Shown here: positions 15,624 to 24,628 of the stretch, one piece after another
How the letters are laid out: the number at the start of each line of letters is the position of its first letter
How positions within the stretch are numbered: the first letter of the stretch is position 1
NCBI GenBank assembly: GCA_001552015.1
Contig: CP010514.1
Coordinates: forward strand, 210,001-242,000
Length of the DNA stretch: 32,000 bases
Direction of reading: 5' to 3'
Source of the DNA: Candidatus Nanopusillus acidilobi
GTDB lineage: Archaea > Nanobdellota > Nanobdellia > Nanobdellales > Nanobdellaceae
Notes under the pieces: model-generated
Seen by the model: the letters and a program-made list of their open reading frames with translations, nothing else
Database searches by the model: none
What the model was told of the DNA's origin: nothing
Program-made: the position numbers and the translations under genes

Positions 15624-17261
15624 ATGAAAGTTGGATATGTTATAAAAGAGGCAACATCTGAATATTTTTATTTTGTTGTTGATCCAAAGGAAAGATATTC
15701 AGTAGGTATTGGAAGTATAGTTAAAGTAAAAATAGGTGATTTCTTTTATTTTGGAATAATTGAAGATTTAAAATCTGAAGCTATTGAAGAAGAAAGATTA
15801 TTTGATTATGAGGCAATAGAATTATTATATGGACAGATGAAAAAATTGCAATATTTAATAATTGGAAAGGCAATATTTATTGGAGTAATAAAAAATGGAA
15901 AAATATTACAAGAAAAACCAAAAACACCTCCAGTTCCTGGGGATGAAGTATATTTACCAGAAGAAGAAGAAGTAAGTAAAATATATTCATTTGAAGAAAA
16001 AGAATTATCAATACCTTTGGGAAAAATAAATTTACAAAATAAAGAATTTATTGTAGATTTGAATATAAAGAATTTAATTATAAGACATACAGGTATATTT
16101 GGAATAACAGGTTCTGGAAAAAGTACAACAGTTGCTCATATAGTAAATGAATTATCAAAGAAGAATATACCAATATTGTTATTTGATATTCATAGAGATT
16201 ATATTTTATCATTTGAAAATTCTATAATAATAACATTTGGTAAAAGAGAAAAAGAATTTATTGAAAAATTAGTAAGCGAAAGAAATAAGAAAAATGTAAT
16301 AGTATATAATGCAAAATTACCATTAAAATATATAAAAGATTATATGGAAAGTTTTTTGGGAATATCTGGAAAACAGGCTCCTCATGTATATTCTTTATTA
16401 TATAGAATTTTATCATTAGAAGAAGGAAAAGCACCGAAATTTATGGATAAATTATTAGAAATGGTAAATAAAAGAGATCCTCCGCAAGTATTTGAAAAAT
16501 ATAAAAATAGAGAAGATGTAATAAGATCTCTACAATCAAGATTATTAAGGATAAAAGATTGGATGTTGTTTCCAAAAAATGTAGATGATATGGGTGAAAA
16601 TGTAGATGAATTATTTAATAAATTGCTAGAAGATATTAGAAACTTTAATATTTCAGATTATAATATAGTTAAAGAAGAAAATGGAGAAGTATATTTAGAA
16701 GAATCTAATAAATTTATTCCAAGGGTAATTATATTTGATTTATATCCATTATCAATAGAAGAACAGAGAATATTAATAGATATATTATTAGAAAGTGTTT
16801 ATGAAAAATATAAATCTTGGAAATTTAGTAATAAAACAGATATTTTGGGAATTGTAATTGAAGAAGCACATAGATTTGCATCAAAAAATAGTGAAGTTTC
16901 TTCAAAAATATCTTTAATTGCAAGAGAAGGAAGAAAATTTGGTTTGGGATTAATTTTGATATCTCAGGTACCTTCTAGTATTATTGAAGATATTACATCT
17001 CAATTAAATACATTTATTTTATTAAAGATAATTAATCCAAAAGACTTAGAATTTATAAGAAAAACATGTCCATATTTATCTAGAGAATATTTTGAAGCAT
17101 TAACAAAATTAGAAACTGGTTCATGTCTAGCAGTTGGATTAGCATTAAAAAATCCTGCAATATTAAAAGTAATAAAATCTGTAGAAGTTGGTGGAACAGA
17201 GGAAGATATAGATAATATAATAAGAGAGAGAATATTTTATGGAAGTAAAAATAATTTTTAA
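15624..17261 (+). CDS. herA: HerA-like (DUF87/FtsK-HerA superfamily) hexameric ATPase
   Basis: N-terminal HAS-barrel-like start MKVGYVIKEATSEYFYFVV...VGIGSIVKV, Walker A IRHTGIFGITGSGKSTTVAHIV, LLFDIHRDY, Walker B GIVIEEAHRF, AREGRKFGLGLILISQVPS. The start is taken at ATG 15624 rather than the listed 15561, which would overlap rps13. Confidence 0.85.
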   Translation: MKVGYVIKEATSEYFYFVVDPKERYSVGIGSIVKVKIGDFFYFGIIEDLKSEAIEEERLFDYEAIELLYGQMKKLQYLIIGKAIFIGVIKNGKILQEKPKTPPVPGDEVYLPEEEEVSKIYSFEEKELSIPLGKINLQNKEFIVDLNIKNLIIRHTGIFGITGSGKSTTVAHIVNELSKKNIPILLFDIHRDYILSFENSIIITFGKREKEFIEKLVSERNKKNVIVYNAKLPLKYIKDYMESFLGISGKQAPHVYSLLYRILSLEEGKAPKFMDKLLEMVNKRDPPQVFEKYKNREDVIRSLQSRLLRIKDWMLFPKNVDDMGENVDELFNKLLEDIRNFNISDYNIVKEENGEVYLEESNKFIPRVIIFDLYPLSIEEQRILIDILLESVYEKYKSWKFSNKTDILGIVIEEAHRFASKNSEVSSKISLIAREGRKFGLGLILISQVPSSIIEDITSQLNTFILLKIINPKDLEFIRKTCPYLSREYFEALTKLETGSCLAVGLALKNPAILKVIKSVEVGGTEEDIDNIIRERIFYGSKNNF

Positions 17262-17547
17262 TGGAATAGGAAATAATTTCTTATTTTCTGAGCAAGATAT
17301 ATATAAATTTTTTGATTATTTGATTGATAAATATAAATTGGTAATAAATAACAAAAAAATAATAATATCTGATAAAGAAAAATTTTCTTCATTTTTATTT
17401 GATACAAATAAATTTACTATTGCATTAAATTATTGGGAAAGAATTGATTATTGTTTTATATATATTTCTTCAAATAATTTTGATATATCCAATATTGTTC
17501 ATGATTTATTAGAGTATCTAAAACCCAAATATTTTAAAATTGTATAA
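17239..17547 (+). CDS. Hypothetical protein (102 aa) overlapping the herA-like 3' end
   Basis: It has a single Met and overlaps the herA-like gene by 23 nt. No confident motif. The C-terminal half FTIALNYWERIDYCFIYISS..LLEYLKPK loosely resembles the pattern of small pyruvoyl AdoMet decarboxylase proenzymes but lacks their catalytic residues. This is from memory and unverified. Confidence 0.4.
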   Translation: MEVKIIFNGIGNNFLFSEQDIYKFFDYLIDKYKLVINNKKIIISDKEKFSSFLFDTNKFTIALNYWERIDYCFIYISSNNFDISNIVHDLLEYLKPKYFKIV

Positions 17548-17566
17548 AGATCAAAATTATTTATAT

Positions 17567-17650
17567 GCCGCGGTGCCCGAGTGGTCCAAGGGGTATGGCT
17601 TGAGACCATATCCCCGAAAGGGGGCGTGGGTTCAAATCCCACCCGCGGCG
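17567..17650 (+). tRNA. tRNA-Ser (anticodon UGA), class II with long variable arm, no encoded CCA
   Basis: Acceptor GCCGCGG/CCGCGGC with discriminator G. Anticodon arm TATGG-CTTGAGA-CCATA gives anticodon TGA. Variable arm CCCC-GAAA-GGGG. T arm GTGGG-TTCAAAT-CCCAC. Confidence 0.93.
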
Positions 17651-17679
17651 TTTATATAAATTTTCTATAAATGTAATTA

Positions 17680-18000
17680 ATGGAATTTAATGAATATCAA
17701 GAAAGGGCAAAAGAAACTGCAATATATCCAAATAAATTGGATGGAGGATTTTATTATACTGCATTAGCATTGGCTGGAGAAGTTGGAGAATTATTAAATA
17801 AAATAAAGAAAATTGCCAGAGATAATATTCAAATACCAAGAGAAGAAATTATATCCGAACTTGGGGATATTTTATGGTATCTTTCAGAAACTGCAAGAAA
17901 CTTTAATATTTCTTTAGAAGAAGTTGCAGAATATAATTTGAAAAAAATTAGAAGTAGAAAAGAAAGGGGAACCTTACAAGGTAGTGGGGATAATAGATAG
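17680..18000 (+). CDS. MazG-like nucleoside triphosphate pyrophosphohydrolase (all-alpha NTP-PPase)
   Basis: FNEYQERAKETAIYP, LALAGEVGELLNKIKK (ExxE metal motif), ISELGDILWYL, AEYNLKKI. Length of 106 aa fits the single-domain MazG/YpjD type. Confidence 0.85.
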   Translation: MEFNEYQERAKETAIYPNKLDGGFYYTALALAGEVGELLNKIKKIARDNIQIPREEIISELGDILWYLSETARNFNISLEEVAEYNLKKIRSRKERGTLQGSGDNR

Positions 18001-18054
18001 AAATAAAGGATTTTTTGTTATTATCTTTTTAAATAATAAAGGGGTTTTTATAGT

Positions 18055-20496
18055 ATGAATGATAATGTAGATTTATCAAAGGTTCTCCAAGAATTAAATT
18101 CGGATTTAAATTATGGGTTAACAAAAGAGGAAGTTGATAGAAGGTTAAAAGAGTATGGATATAATTTAGTAGAGGAAAAGAAAGAAAGTAATTTGATTAA
18201 GTTTTTGAAAAAATTTGTTTCATTTTCTTCAATAATGTTGGAAATTATTATAGTCTTATATTTAATATTTGGAAGATATATAGATGCATCTTTAGTTTTG
18301 TCTTTATTATTTATTAATGTATTAATATCTTTTATACATGAAGAAAAAGCAAATAAAGCATTAGAATTATTAAAGGAAAAATTACAAATACAGGCAAGGG
18401 TATTAAGAGAAGGACAATGGAAATTAATTGAATCAAAATATCTGGTTCCTGGAGATATAATAAGATTGAGAGCTGGAGATATATCTCCTGCAGATTGTAT
18501 AATTTTTAGTGATGATATATTGGATATAGATCAGTCAGTATTAACGGGAGAATCTTTAACAGTTGAAAAGAAAAAAGGACAGATTGTATATTCAGGATCA
18601 ATTATAAGAAGAGGAGAAGCAAATTGTATTGTATATAAAACTGGAAGGAATACATATTTTGGAAGAACAGTAGAATTAGTATCTACAGCAAGACCAAAAT
18701 TGCATATTGAGGAAATAACAAATAAAGTTATTTTTGCATTATTAATAATTGTATTAATATTTGGAGGATTAACATTACTATTTTCATTTTTATATGTTCA
18801 TAATTTAGAATTTATACTTTCTACAGTATTGCCTTTAATTATATCTTTATTACTTTTTGCAATTCCAGTAGCATTACCTGCAATGATAACAGTTACATTG
18901 GCAGTTGGTTCTATGGAATTATCAAAAAAGGGAGCATTAATTACAAGATTATCTGCAATAGAAGATGCTGCAACAATGACAACATTATGTTCTGATAAAA
19001 CTGGTACTTTGACTTATAATAAATTATCTATAACCGATATAAAAGAATTGAATAATTATAAAAAAGAAGATGTAATATTATATGGAACATTAGCATCACA
19101 AGAATCAAATAATGATCCAATAGATATGGCATTTATTAATAAAGTGAAAGAAATTAATATAAATAAAGATGATTATAGAGTATTAGAATTTAAACCATTT
19201 GATCCTTCTACTAGAAGAACAGAAGCAAAAGTATTATATAAAGATAAAGTATTTTATGTATCAAAAGGTGCAGTAAATATTATATTTAATGATTTATGCA
19301 AAATAAATATACCTGAAGAAGTATCAAAAATAGTTGATGATTTTGCATCAAGGGGTTATAGAACTTTGGCAGTTGCAATAAATAATAATAATAAATGGGA
19401 ACCTGTTGGTCTTGTTGCATTATATGATGTTCCAAGAAAAGATACTCCAGAATTAATTAAAAAATTAAAAGATCTTGGAATAAAAGTAAAAATGTTAACT
19501 GGAGATTCATTACCAATTGCAAAAGAAATTGGAAAAGAAATTGGATTAGATTATAATAAAGCAGTATCTGGAAATGAATTAAGAGAATTATTAAAAAGTG
19601 ATCCAGATAAAGCAAGGAAATTAATTAATGAATCTGAAATATTTGCAGAAATATATCCAGAAGATAAATATTATATTGTAAAAAATCTACAAGATAAAAA
19701 AGAAATTGTTGGAATGACTGGAGATGGTGTAAATGATTCTCCATCATTAAAACAAGCTGAAGTTGGTATAGCAGTATATAATGCAACAGATGTTGCAAAA
19801 TCTGCGGCTTCTGTTGTATTAACAGTAGAAGGTTTAAGAGGTATTGTAGATTTAGTTACAATTGGGAGATCTGTATATCAAAGAGTTGTTACATGGATAT
19901 TAACAAAAATAAATAAAACAATAGAAATTGCATTATTTGTTTTATCAGTATTTCTATTTACTACGATTCTTTATCATAGTCCATTATATATTTTATCGTC
20001 TACAGATGTATTATTATTTTTCTTTATTATAGATTTTCAAACAATAGCATTATCTGTAGATAATGAAAGAGGATCTCAATATCCTGAAAAATGGAATATA
20101 TTAAAATTGGTAAAGTATGCAGGTACAATGGGTGTATTTACATTTTCTGAAATGTCATTATTATTATATATAGCATTAAATATATTTAAGATAAATAATG
20201 TTCATCTTTTACATTCTTTCTTCTTTATAGCAATAACATATTTTGGTCTATTAATGCCATATATATTTAGGGAAAAAGACAGATTCTATAAATCAAAACC
20301 TAGTAAATCTTTCTTAATATCTACAATTGCAGGATTAATAATTGCATCTATTATTTCATTATTTGGATTTGGAATAGTTGTTCCAATAAATCTTTACTAT
20401 TATTCACTTGTGGTATTGTACAGTTTATTCTTTATATTTTTAGTAAATGATAATATAAAGATATTATTAAAAAGATTTGGAATTGGAAGGGCCTAA
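18055..20496 (+). CDS. P-type ATPase, plasma-membrane H+-ATPase-like (P3A subfamily)
   Basis: GLTKEEVDRRLKEYGYNLVEE, LTGESLTVEKKKG (TGES), CSDKTGTLTYNKLSI (phosphorylation site), KMLTGDSLPIAKEIG, GMTGDGVNDSPSLKQAEVGIAV, and GRSVYQRV followed by C-terminal TM helices including FFIIDFQTIALSVDNE. Confidence 0.9.
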   Translation: MNDNVDLSKVLQELNSDLNYGLTKEEVDRRLKEYGYNLVEEKKESNLIKFLKKFVSFSSIMLEIIIVLYLIFGRYIDASLVLSLLFINVLISFIHEEKANKALELLKEKLQIQARVLREGQWKLIESKYLVPGDIIRLRAGDISPADCIIFSDDILDIDQSVLTGESLTVEKKKGQIVYSGSIIRRGEANCIVYKTGRNTYFGRTVELVSTARPKLHIEEITNKVIFALLIIVLIFGGLTLLFSFLYVHNLEFILSTVLPLIISLLLFAIPVALPAMITVTLAVGSMELSKKGALITRLSAIEDAATMTTLCSDKTGTLTYNKLSITDIKELNNYKKEDVILYGTLASQESNNDPIDMAFINKVKEININKDDYRVLEFKPFDPSTRRTEAKVLYKDKVFYVSKGAVNIIFNDLCKINIPEEVSKIVDDFASRGYRTLAVAINNNNKWEPVGLVALYDVPRKDTPELIKKLKDLGIKVKMLTGDSLPIAKEIGKEIGLDYNKAVSGNELRELLKSDPDKARKLINESEIFAEIYPEDKYYIVKNLQDKKEIVGMTGDGVNDSPSLKQAEVGIAVYNATDVAKSAASVVLTVEGLRGIVDLVTIGRSVYQRVVTWILTKINKTIEIALFVLSVFLFTTILYHSPLYILSSTDVLLFFFIIDFQTIALSVDNERGSQYPEKWNILKLVKYAGTMGVFTFSEMSLLLYIALNIFKINNVHLLHSFFFIAITYFGLLMPYIFREKDRFYKSKPSKSFLISTIAGLIIASIISLFGFGIVVPINLYYYSLVVLYSLFFIFLVNDNIKILLKRFGIGRA

Positions 20497-22043
20497 TATT
20501 TTTCATAACCTTTTACAATCGGATTTTCTATTGTATATTTTGTTAAAATATTTACAGCCTCGCTTTCTGTTTTTTTCTTAATCATTGGGAATGGTATAAT
20601 TTCTTTTATACTCTTTATTCCTAATAATAACATTATTACTCTATCTATACCTATTCCAATTCCTCCTGTTGGTGGCATTCCATACATTAATGCTTCTATA
20701 AAGTCCTGATCATATAAATGTGCTTCTTCAAATCCTAATTCTCTCATTTTTGCTTGTTCTAATAATAATTTATTTTGTAATATTGGATCATTTAATTCAG
20801 AATATATATTTGTAATTTCTACTCCTAAGATATATCCTTCTGCTCTCTCAACTAAGGAAGGATCTTTTCTACTTATTTTACATAAAGGTGTACTCTCTTT
20901 TGGATGTTCTATAATATATGTTGGTTCAATTAATTTATCTTCAACCAATTCTTCAAATAATGCAGTAATTGCTAGACCCCTATTATATTCTTTTAATTCT
21001 AATTGAATATTATTCTGTTTCATTATTTCCATTATTTCTTCATCTGATAATTTTGTTACATCTATATTTGTATATTCTTTTAATGCATCATACATTGTTA
21101 GTCTTCTCCAAGGAGGTTTTAATGATATCTTTCTATCATTATATTCAATATAATCTCTTCCAATAACATCTTTTGCAATTCCATATATTAAATTTTCTAC
21201 TAATTCCATCATTTTATCTCTATTTGCATATGCTTCATATGCTTCTAACATTGTAAATTCTGGATTATGGGTTATATCTATTGATTCATTTCTGAAATCT
21301 GGTCCAATTTCAAATACTTTATTAAATCCACCAACAAGATATCTTTTTAAATATAGTTCTGTAGCAATTCTTAAATACCAATTCTCTTTTAAATCATTTA
21401 CATATGTAATAAATGGTTTTGCATTTGCTCCTCCATATATTGGTTGTAATACTGGTGTTTGAACCTCTATATATCCTAAATTTTCAAAATATTTTCTTAC
21501 ATAACTTATTGTTTTAAATCTTATTTCAAAATATTTCCTTACTTCGTCATTCATTAATAAATCTAAATATCTTTTTCTATATCTCTCTTCTACATCAGAG
21601 AATCCATACCATTGATCTGGTAAAGAAATTAATGCTTTTGTTAATATAATCCAATCTTCAGCAAATACAGATAATTCTCCAGCTTTTGTTTTTCCTACTT
21701 TTCCATATACTCCAATTATATCCCCTCTCTGAATAAACTCAAATGCGTCATCAAAATTTTTTGTTATATCTTTTTTAATAACAACCTGTATTCTATAACC
21801 TTCTTCTTTTATATCATAGAATACAATTCCACCATGTTTTCTAATTGAATAAACTCTTCCAGTAATTTTAACATACTTATCCATAAATTTATTAGGATCA
21901 TTTACTATTTCCTTTACATCATTCGACTTATCAAATTCATATGGATATGGATTATATCCTTTTTCTTTCATTTTTTCTAATACTTTTAATCTATCTACAA
22001 TATCTATCTCTAAACCAGTTTTAGGTTGGTCTTTATTCTCCAT
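20493..22043 (-). CDS. lysS: Lysyl-tRNA synthetase, class II
   Basis: N-terminal OB anticodon-binding domain (VKITGRVYSIRKHGGIVFYDIKEEG), RYRKRYLDLLMN, motif 2 FEIGPDFRNESIDITHNPEFTMLE, motif 3 PPTGGIGIGIDRVIMLL. Confidence 0.93.
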   Translation of the reverse strand: MENKDQPKTGLEIDIVDRLKVLEKMKEKGYNPYPYEFDKSNDVKEIVNDPNKFMDKYVKITGRVYSIRKHGGIVFYDIKEEGYRIQVVIKKDITKNFDDAFEFIQRGDIIGVYGKVGKTKAGELSVFAEDWIILTKALISLPDQWYGFSDVEERYRKRYLDLLMNDEVRKYFEIRFKTISYVRKYFENLGYIEVQTPVLQPIYGGANAKPFITYVNDLKENWYLRIATELYLKRYLVGGFNKVFEIGPDFRNESIDITHNPEFTMLEAYEAYANRDKMMELVENLIYGIAKDVIGRDYIEYNDRKISLKPPWRRLTMYDALKEYTNIDVTKLSDEEIMEIMKQNNIQLELKEYNRGLAITALFEELVEDKLIEPTYIIEHPKESTPLCKISRKDPSLVERAEGYILGVEITNIYSELNDPILQNKLLLEQAKMRELGFEEAHLYDQDFIEALMYGMPPTGGIGIGIDRVIMLLLGIKSIKEIIPFPMIKKKTESEAVNILTKYTIENPIVKGYEKY

Positions 22044-22163
22044 AGCATAATTAATTGTAGAATTTAATTTATAGATATTAATAGAAAAATCCTTATTATT
22101 GAGTCTTCCGATTCAGGTTCATACATAAACTAATTTAAAAAATATTTTTAAATTTTTGGAGTT

Positions 22164-23051
22164 CTAATTGATATTATAACTTTTTATTATATTTATAACA
22201 TCCTTTTCAGATAAATATTTAATTTCTTCTATTAGATCTTTTATATTTACTTTTGATGATCGTTTATTTTTATCTATAATAATATTTGCATAACATCTTC
22301 CGAGATCATAGGTCCATAGATTTTCTTCTTCAATGTTTAGTAGGTTTTTATTTTCAACATAATCTTTACATGTTCTTATATTTCCTTCTATAATTTTATA
22401 CGCTTCTGGATATCTATAATATGCATTTTTATAAAAGTATATTAAAAATTCTAAAGCAGAAGTTTTACATTCTTTTATTAAAAAAGCTTCCCATTCATCC
22501 ATATAAGGTAAGGAATGTGCAATTTCATGGTCTACTATAATATCTATGAAAGCTTTTGCTATATCTTTTTCTATATTATTACCATTTATATATACTGGAT
22601 ATGTTAATCTACTAATATCTGACTCTAGACCAATAATAGAAGGTCTAATTATTTTCATAAAACTCAAATTATTCAATATTTTATCTATATTTTTTCTTAA
22701 AGCTTTTTCTTTAATATAAACTTCTCTTGTTATTGGAGAATAAAACCCAATAGATGTTTGATCTATTAATTTTTTATAGTATGATGCTATAGGAAGTGTT
22801 GATATGGAAAATGATAAAGAGAATGTTTTAAAAGAAGTAGGATAAGTCATATTAGAAATTATTTCATAAAAAGAGAATCCATAAATGGATGTTAAAGAGA
22901 TGAGCAAAGCTAATAGTCTGCTAAAATATGGTGGTTTTGCTATTATCAATTTTAATTTTTCAGTCTTTATGCCATTATTATTAAGGTATTCTATAGTATC
23001 TTTAAAACTATTTTTTATAATCCAATCTAAATTATACATATATTCATTCAT
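22164..23051 (-). CDS. Hypothetical membrane-associated protein with HExxH zinc-metallopeptidase-like motif (295 aa)
   Basis: IDIIVDHEIAHSLPYMDEWEAF contains HEIAH preceded by hydrophobic residues, with Glu residues shortly downstream. One or two hydrophobic segments lie near residues 43-65 (FSRLLALLISLTSIYGFSFYEII). No family assigned. Confidence 0.45.
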   Translation of the reverse strand: MNEYMYNLDWIIKNSFKDTIEYLNNNGIKTEKLKLIIAKPPYFSRLLALLISLTSIYGFSFYEIISNMTYPTSFKTFSLSFSISTLPIASYYKKLIDQTSIGFYSPITREVYIKEKALRKNIDKILNNLSFMKIIRPSIIGLESDISRLTYPVYINGNNIEKDIAKAFIDIIVDHEIAHSLPYMDEWEAFLIKECKTSALEFLIYFYKNAYYRYPEAYKIIEGNIRTCKDYVENKNLLNIEEENLWTYDLGRCYANIIIDKNKRSSKVNIKDLIEEIKYLSEKDVINIIKSYNIN

Positions 23052-23158
23052 TACTACATAATAATAACAATTTTTTATAAGTTTTTATTTATTTAAAAAT
23101 TCAGTATTTTTATACCATATTCCTAATTTTTAAAATTCTCAAAAATTATACATAATTC

Positions 23159-23758
23159 ATGATAACAGAATATATCAATGTATTTATTACTATGTTTATT
23201 ATATTGGGAACTATTCCGAATATATTTATATTTGAATCTATTTTTGATTCTTTAGGATTAAATATAGATAAAAAAAGATATGCAATCAATAGAGCATTCT
23301 TAATTGCATATTTGTTATGGTTAATAATATTTCTATTTGGTAATTGGTTTTTAATAATTTTGGGAATAAATTTAATAGATTTTAGAATTGCTGGAGGAAT
23401 ATTTTTATTTTATATTGCATTTGAAATATTGGTAAAGGATATTCCATCTCATGTAAATATAAAAGATAATAATGAATCTTTAGAAGATATTATTGCAACC
23501 CCCCTGGCTATTCCATTAATTACAGGTCCGGGTGTTATTACAACAACATTAATTTATACATCTGAAAGTCTTAATTTAATATATCTATTTTTATCAATGT
23601 CTTTAGCATTTCTTATTTCTTATATAATAATTTATAATAGTACTTTAATATTGGAAAAAGCTGGAAAGAAGAATTTAATTATTTTAAATAAGTTGGGAGG
23701 TTTAATATTATTGGCAATAGCAATAGATATAATTATATCTGGAATAAAAATGCTATAA
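23159..23758 (+). CDS. MarC family (UPF0056) integral membrane protein
   Basis: About 6 TM helices, a central acidic loop, and the family signature ATPLAIPLITGPGVITTT. Confidence 0.65.
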   Translation: MITEYINVFITMFIILGTIPNIFIFESIFDSLGLNIDKKRYAINRAFLIAYLLWLIIFLFGNWFLIILGINLIDFRIAGGIFLFYIAFEILVKDIPSHVNIKDNNESLEDIIATPLAIPLITGPGVITTTLIYTSESLNLIYLFLSMSLAFLISYIIIYNSTLILEKAGKKNLIILNKLGGLILLAIAIDIIISGIKML

Positions 23759-23833
23759 AAAATATTATTTTTCTTGAATCTTTGTAGTTACTATTATAAG
23801 ATAACTATATATTTTCATATGTATTTTTTATAT

Positions 23834-24574
23834 ATGAAATTTATGATAATAATTCATAGAAAAACTGGTAAAAAATTTTATATAGAAAATAAAGATAAGG
23901 ATTTTAATACGCATTTTGGGATAATAAAAAAAGAAGATTTAAATAAGGAACCTAGTAGTATAATTAAATCACATTTAAACGAAGAATTCTTAATATTAGA
24001 AGATAATTTTAATGATTTAGTTAGATATTTAAAAAGGGGACCTCAGTCAATTCATGAAAAAGATATAGGATTATTATATTCTTTAGTAAATATTTCTCCA
24101 GGAATGAGAATTGTAGAAGGAGGAACTGGTTCTGGAATATTAACAGCATATTTAGCAAATTCTATAAGACCAAATGGAAAAATATATTCATATGAAATTA
24201 GGGAAGACTTTTATAATATTGCAAAGAAAAATCTGGAAAAATTAAAATTATTGGATTATGTTGAATTAAAATTAAAAAATATTAATGAAGGAATTGATGA
24301 AAAGGATATAGATTTAATAATATTAGATATACCAGATCCATGGAATACTTTAGATCATGCATATAATTCATTAAAATTTGGTGGATATTTAGTATCTTTT
24401 TTACCAAATATAACTTCTGTAATAAAATTATTGGATTCAAATGATAAATTCTTATTTATTGGAGTATATGAGAATTTTTATAGAAAATGGATGTATGAAA
24501 AAGGAAAAGTTCTTAGGCCAAGAAATTTAGAATTGGTTCATACAGAATTTTTAGTATTATTTAGAAAGGTATAA
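23834..24574 (+). CDS. trmI: tRNA (adenine-N1)-methyltransferase TrmI (Gcd14 family)
   Basis: RGPQSIHEKDIGLLYSLVNISPGMRIVEGGTGSGILTAYLA (SAM motif I), KIYSYEIREDF, DLIILDIPDPWNTLDHA, LKFGGYLVSFLPNITSV. The listed ORF begins at a TTG (23774) with an implausible leader peptide, so ATG 23834 (MKFMIIIHRK) is preferred. Confidence 0.85.
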   Translation: MKFMIIIHRKTGKKFYIENKDKDFNTHFGIIKKEDLNKEPSSIIKSHLNEEFLILEDNFNDLVRYLKRGPQSIHEKDIGLLYSLVNISPGMRIVEGGTGSGILTAYLANSIRPNGKIYSYEIREDFYNIAKKNLEKLKLLDYVELKLKNINEGIDEKDIDLIILDIPDPWNTLDHAYNSLKFGGYLVSFLPNITSVIKLLDSNDKFLFIGVYENFYRKWMYEKGKVLRPRNLELVHTEFLVLFRKV

Positions 24575-24628
24575 ATAATTTTAGCTATTAACCGAAAAAT
24601 TTAACTTTCAAAATATAATAATAAAATT

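Noticed and set aside
17567-17650. tRNA genes as integration sites for a mobile element, with the MazG-like and P-type ATPase genes downstream of tRNA-Ser as cargo.
   Set aside because: I saw no second copy of either tRNA 3' end (no att-like direct repeat) in the window, no integrase or transposase, and no compositional break apart from the tRNAs themselves.
22044-22163. Slightly GC-richer patch (gagtcttccgattcaggttcatac) upstream of lysS as a possible C/D sRNA on the minus strand (contains CTGA).
   Set aside because: The upstream box reads GTATGAA rather than RUGAUGA, and there is no second box pair or terminal stem.
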